The position numbers were made by a program, and so were the translations under genes. Of a stretch of 64,000 nt of DNA, positions 62,011-64,000 are shown piece by piece (position 1 is the stretch's first letter; each line of letters starts with the position of its first letter). The notes under the pieces are model-generated. The model was not told where the DNA came from. It did no database searches and worked only from the letters and a program-made list of their open reading frames with translations. The stretch is taken from contig NC_045697.1 in assembly GCF_009834535.1 (NCBI RefSeq), forward strand, positions 102,426,001-102,490,000, in the 5' to 3' direction. The DNA is from Camelus ferus. Its lineage: Eukaryota.

Positions 62011-62974
62011 GAAATAATAAAACAGTTATAGTAACTAAATAGCAGTGGGTGCCAGGTCAAGAATACGAACTGAACCGTATGCTTGTATATACATTTCCTC
62101 TCATTCCTTGGATCCTATTAAAAGAAGAATGTATCAGTTTAAAGGGGAGGGGAAAACACAGAGCAGTGAAGAACAGGAAGGAGCTTATCAATGGATGAAC
62201 TATTTCAACATGGTTCTAGAAGACGGGAAGCTAGTGGAGGAGTGGAGTTCAAGAAGGCAGATGAGAAAAAGACACAGCCCAGAATAAACATGGAGTGTGG
62301 GGCCTGCAGCCAAGGAGGGAGCCCTTCGGCCTCTCAGAGGGGGATGGGGTTACAGCCTCAGGACTCCAGGTGTGATGGGCAGCAGCGAACCTCAGAGGGC
62401 TGGAAACAGAAGCATGTGGTCAAAGCCTGCTGCTAATTCCCCATCCTTGTATTCAGAACACACAGCAGCCAGGTGTTACCCTCTAGGCAAAAAAAAAAAA
62501 AAAAAGTAGAAGAAGGGTTTTTTGTGTGTTTTCTAAATAAATCGAACACATTGTCTAGCATAAACAGAAGTAACTGTTGCTGTTGGAGCACAAGGAGAAG
62601 TACGTTCGGAGAGTCGGGGTTCCCCCAGAGTGGTGGCAGAGGAAGGAAGACAGCCAGCGTCCGGCTTGAGAAGCAGAAAGCGGTGGACAGAGTTGAGAGG
62701 GCTTGATACAAGAAGGGAAATGCAAATGTACTTAATGAGGGTCACTTCTTGTCACAAAGGGCAAAATGGAAAAACACCCGAAATAAACTCCTTCCAACTA
62801 CCTGGTCAGGGTATAGACTAAGCCATAGGTCTAAGGAGGCAGAACATGACCACGAGCTGACAAGACGCAACTGAAGTGAAATGAACTTGGTGACTGTTAC
62901 AGCCTAAAATTTTAAAGAAATTGAATTGGTTATCAAAAATGTCACCAGAAAAAAAAAAAAGAAAAAGAAAAAGA

Positions 62975-64000
62975 ATTCTGCTTCTAGCCAAAATGGAGTA
63001 AGAGGGACTGGGTTTACCACCCTTCCTGAAACAACTAGACAGCTCCTCTTCTATTATTATGACCATGAGGGCTAAAAACCTGGACAAGGTTTTCAGGCAC
63101 TATGTATCAACCAAGTAGGCAGAGGCCACTGGTCCCTGAGAGAGGGAAAACAAACAAGGTGAGCCCCATGACTGTCCCAGCTTACTGCCCAGACAGAGTT
63201 TCCAGGCTGCGGTGCAGGGACAGGGAATCCAAACAAAACCAGGCACTAACCCTGCACTGAGGAGAGACACATGGAGTCTAGACAGGCCAAGAGCTGGAGT
63301 TCAAAAAGCAGAGGACTGGAGAGAAGACAGCTGTACAGAGAAGGAGCTACGGAGATCCACAGGGGATACCCCCTCCAGTTTTCATATTTAGTAGCATGTG
63401 CCTGTGGAGAAATTGCCTGAAGGGAAAGAACTGCTTGAAAAGAGCAGATATTCAGAGCTGAGGCAGGTCCAAGAATAGTTCATGTTCCAAACAGCCAGAG
63501 GAAAAAACATCATAATTCAAGGAAAATCAGGTAGAGCATTTACAATGATATTACCCCAGTAGTGGAAGAAATTAGCCTTAGATTAAAGGTGATTCTGGTT
63601 TTACCTAACAAGCGTTAAGAGCAGGCTTGGAAAGATCAAACTGTCACCAAGCCATTTAACCAAACTTCAGAGCAAAGCTCAAGAATACTTATGAGAATGT
63701 AATATTAAGCATCCAACAAGATAAAAATCAGGTTTGGAATTTAACAAAAAATTATCAAGCTGACAAAGAAGTAGGATGATATAAGCCATGATAAGGAGAA
63801 AAAACCGTGAATAAACACAGTCCCAGAATTAGCACAGATGACAGAAATGCTGGACAAGAACATTAAGACAGTTATTGTAATGAAATTTCATATGTTCAAG
63901 TATGTAGAGAAAAGACTCAGCAGGTAAAGTACAGACCTGATTTTTAAAAGAATCAAACTTTTCAAGATGAAAAATGCAATACTTGAAACAGAAAATACCT
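62975..64000 (+). mobile_element. Old LINE-1 (L1MC/MD/ME-type) 5' region, running off the window
   Basis: CTTCTAGCCAAAATGGAGTAAGAGGGACTGG..CCTGAAACAACT..CCCAGCTTACTGCC..GAAAGATCAAACTG..AGATGAAAAATGCAATA; similar to 44880-45500. Confidence 0.75.

Overview
This is mammalian non-coding DNA (intronic or intergenic), almost certainly from a camelid: three copies of a tRNA-Ala(AGC)-derived SINE match the camelid vic-1 type. I found no protein-coding gene or convincing coding exon. Every recognisable ORF-track peptide is a decayed LINE-1 remnant, a simple repeat or a chance frame. Much of the window is interspersed repeats: L1 of several ages, L2, MIR, CR1/L3, MLT1, two MER21-type LTRs, a MER41-like ERV1 solo LTR and Tigger MITEs. 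There is also a 100-N gap at 7644-7743. The most interesting items are: (1) a probable copy of the conserved ancient repeat MER121 (~58.4-58.66 kb); (2) a MER41-like solo LTR whose GAS-equivalent site has STAT6-type N4 spacing; (3) a ~35-nt polyadenylated stub of the same LTR family inserted in an old L1 16 kb away; (4) an exact 21-nt doublet 1025 bp apart overlapping a perfect DR2 element; (5) several repeat-poor, motif-dense candidate enhancers. Repeat family names come from recalled consensus sequences, not a database search, and boundaries without target-site duplications (TSDs) are approximate. I see no evidence for a new gene system.
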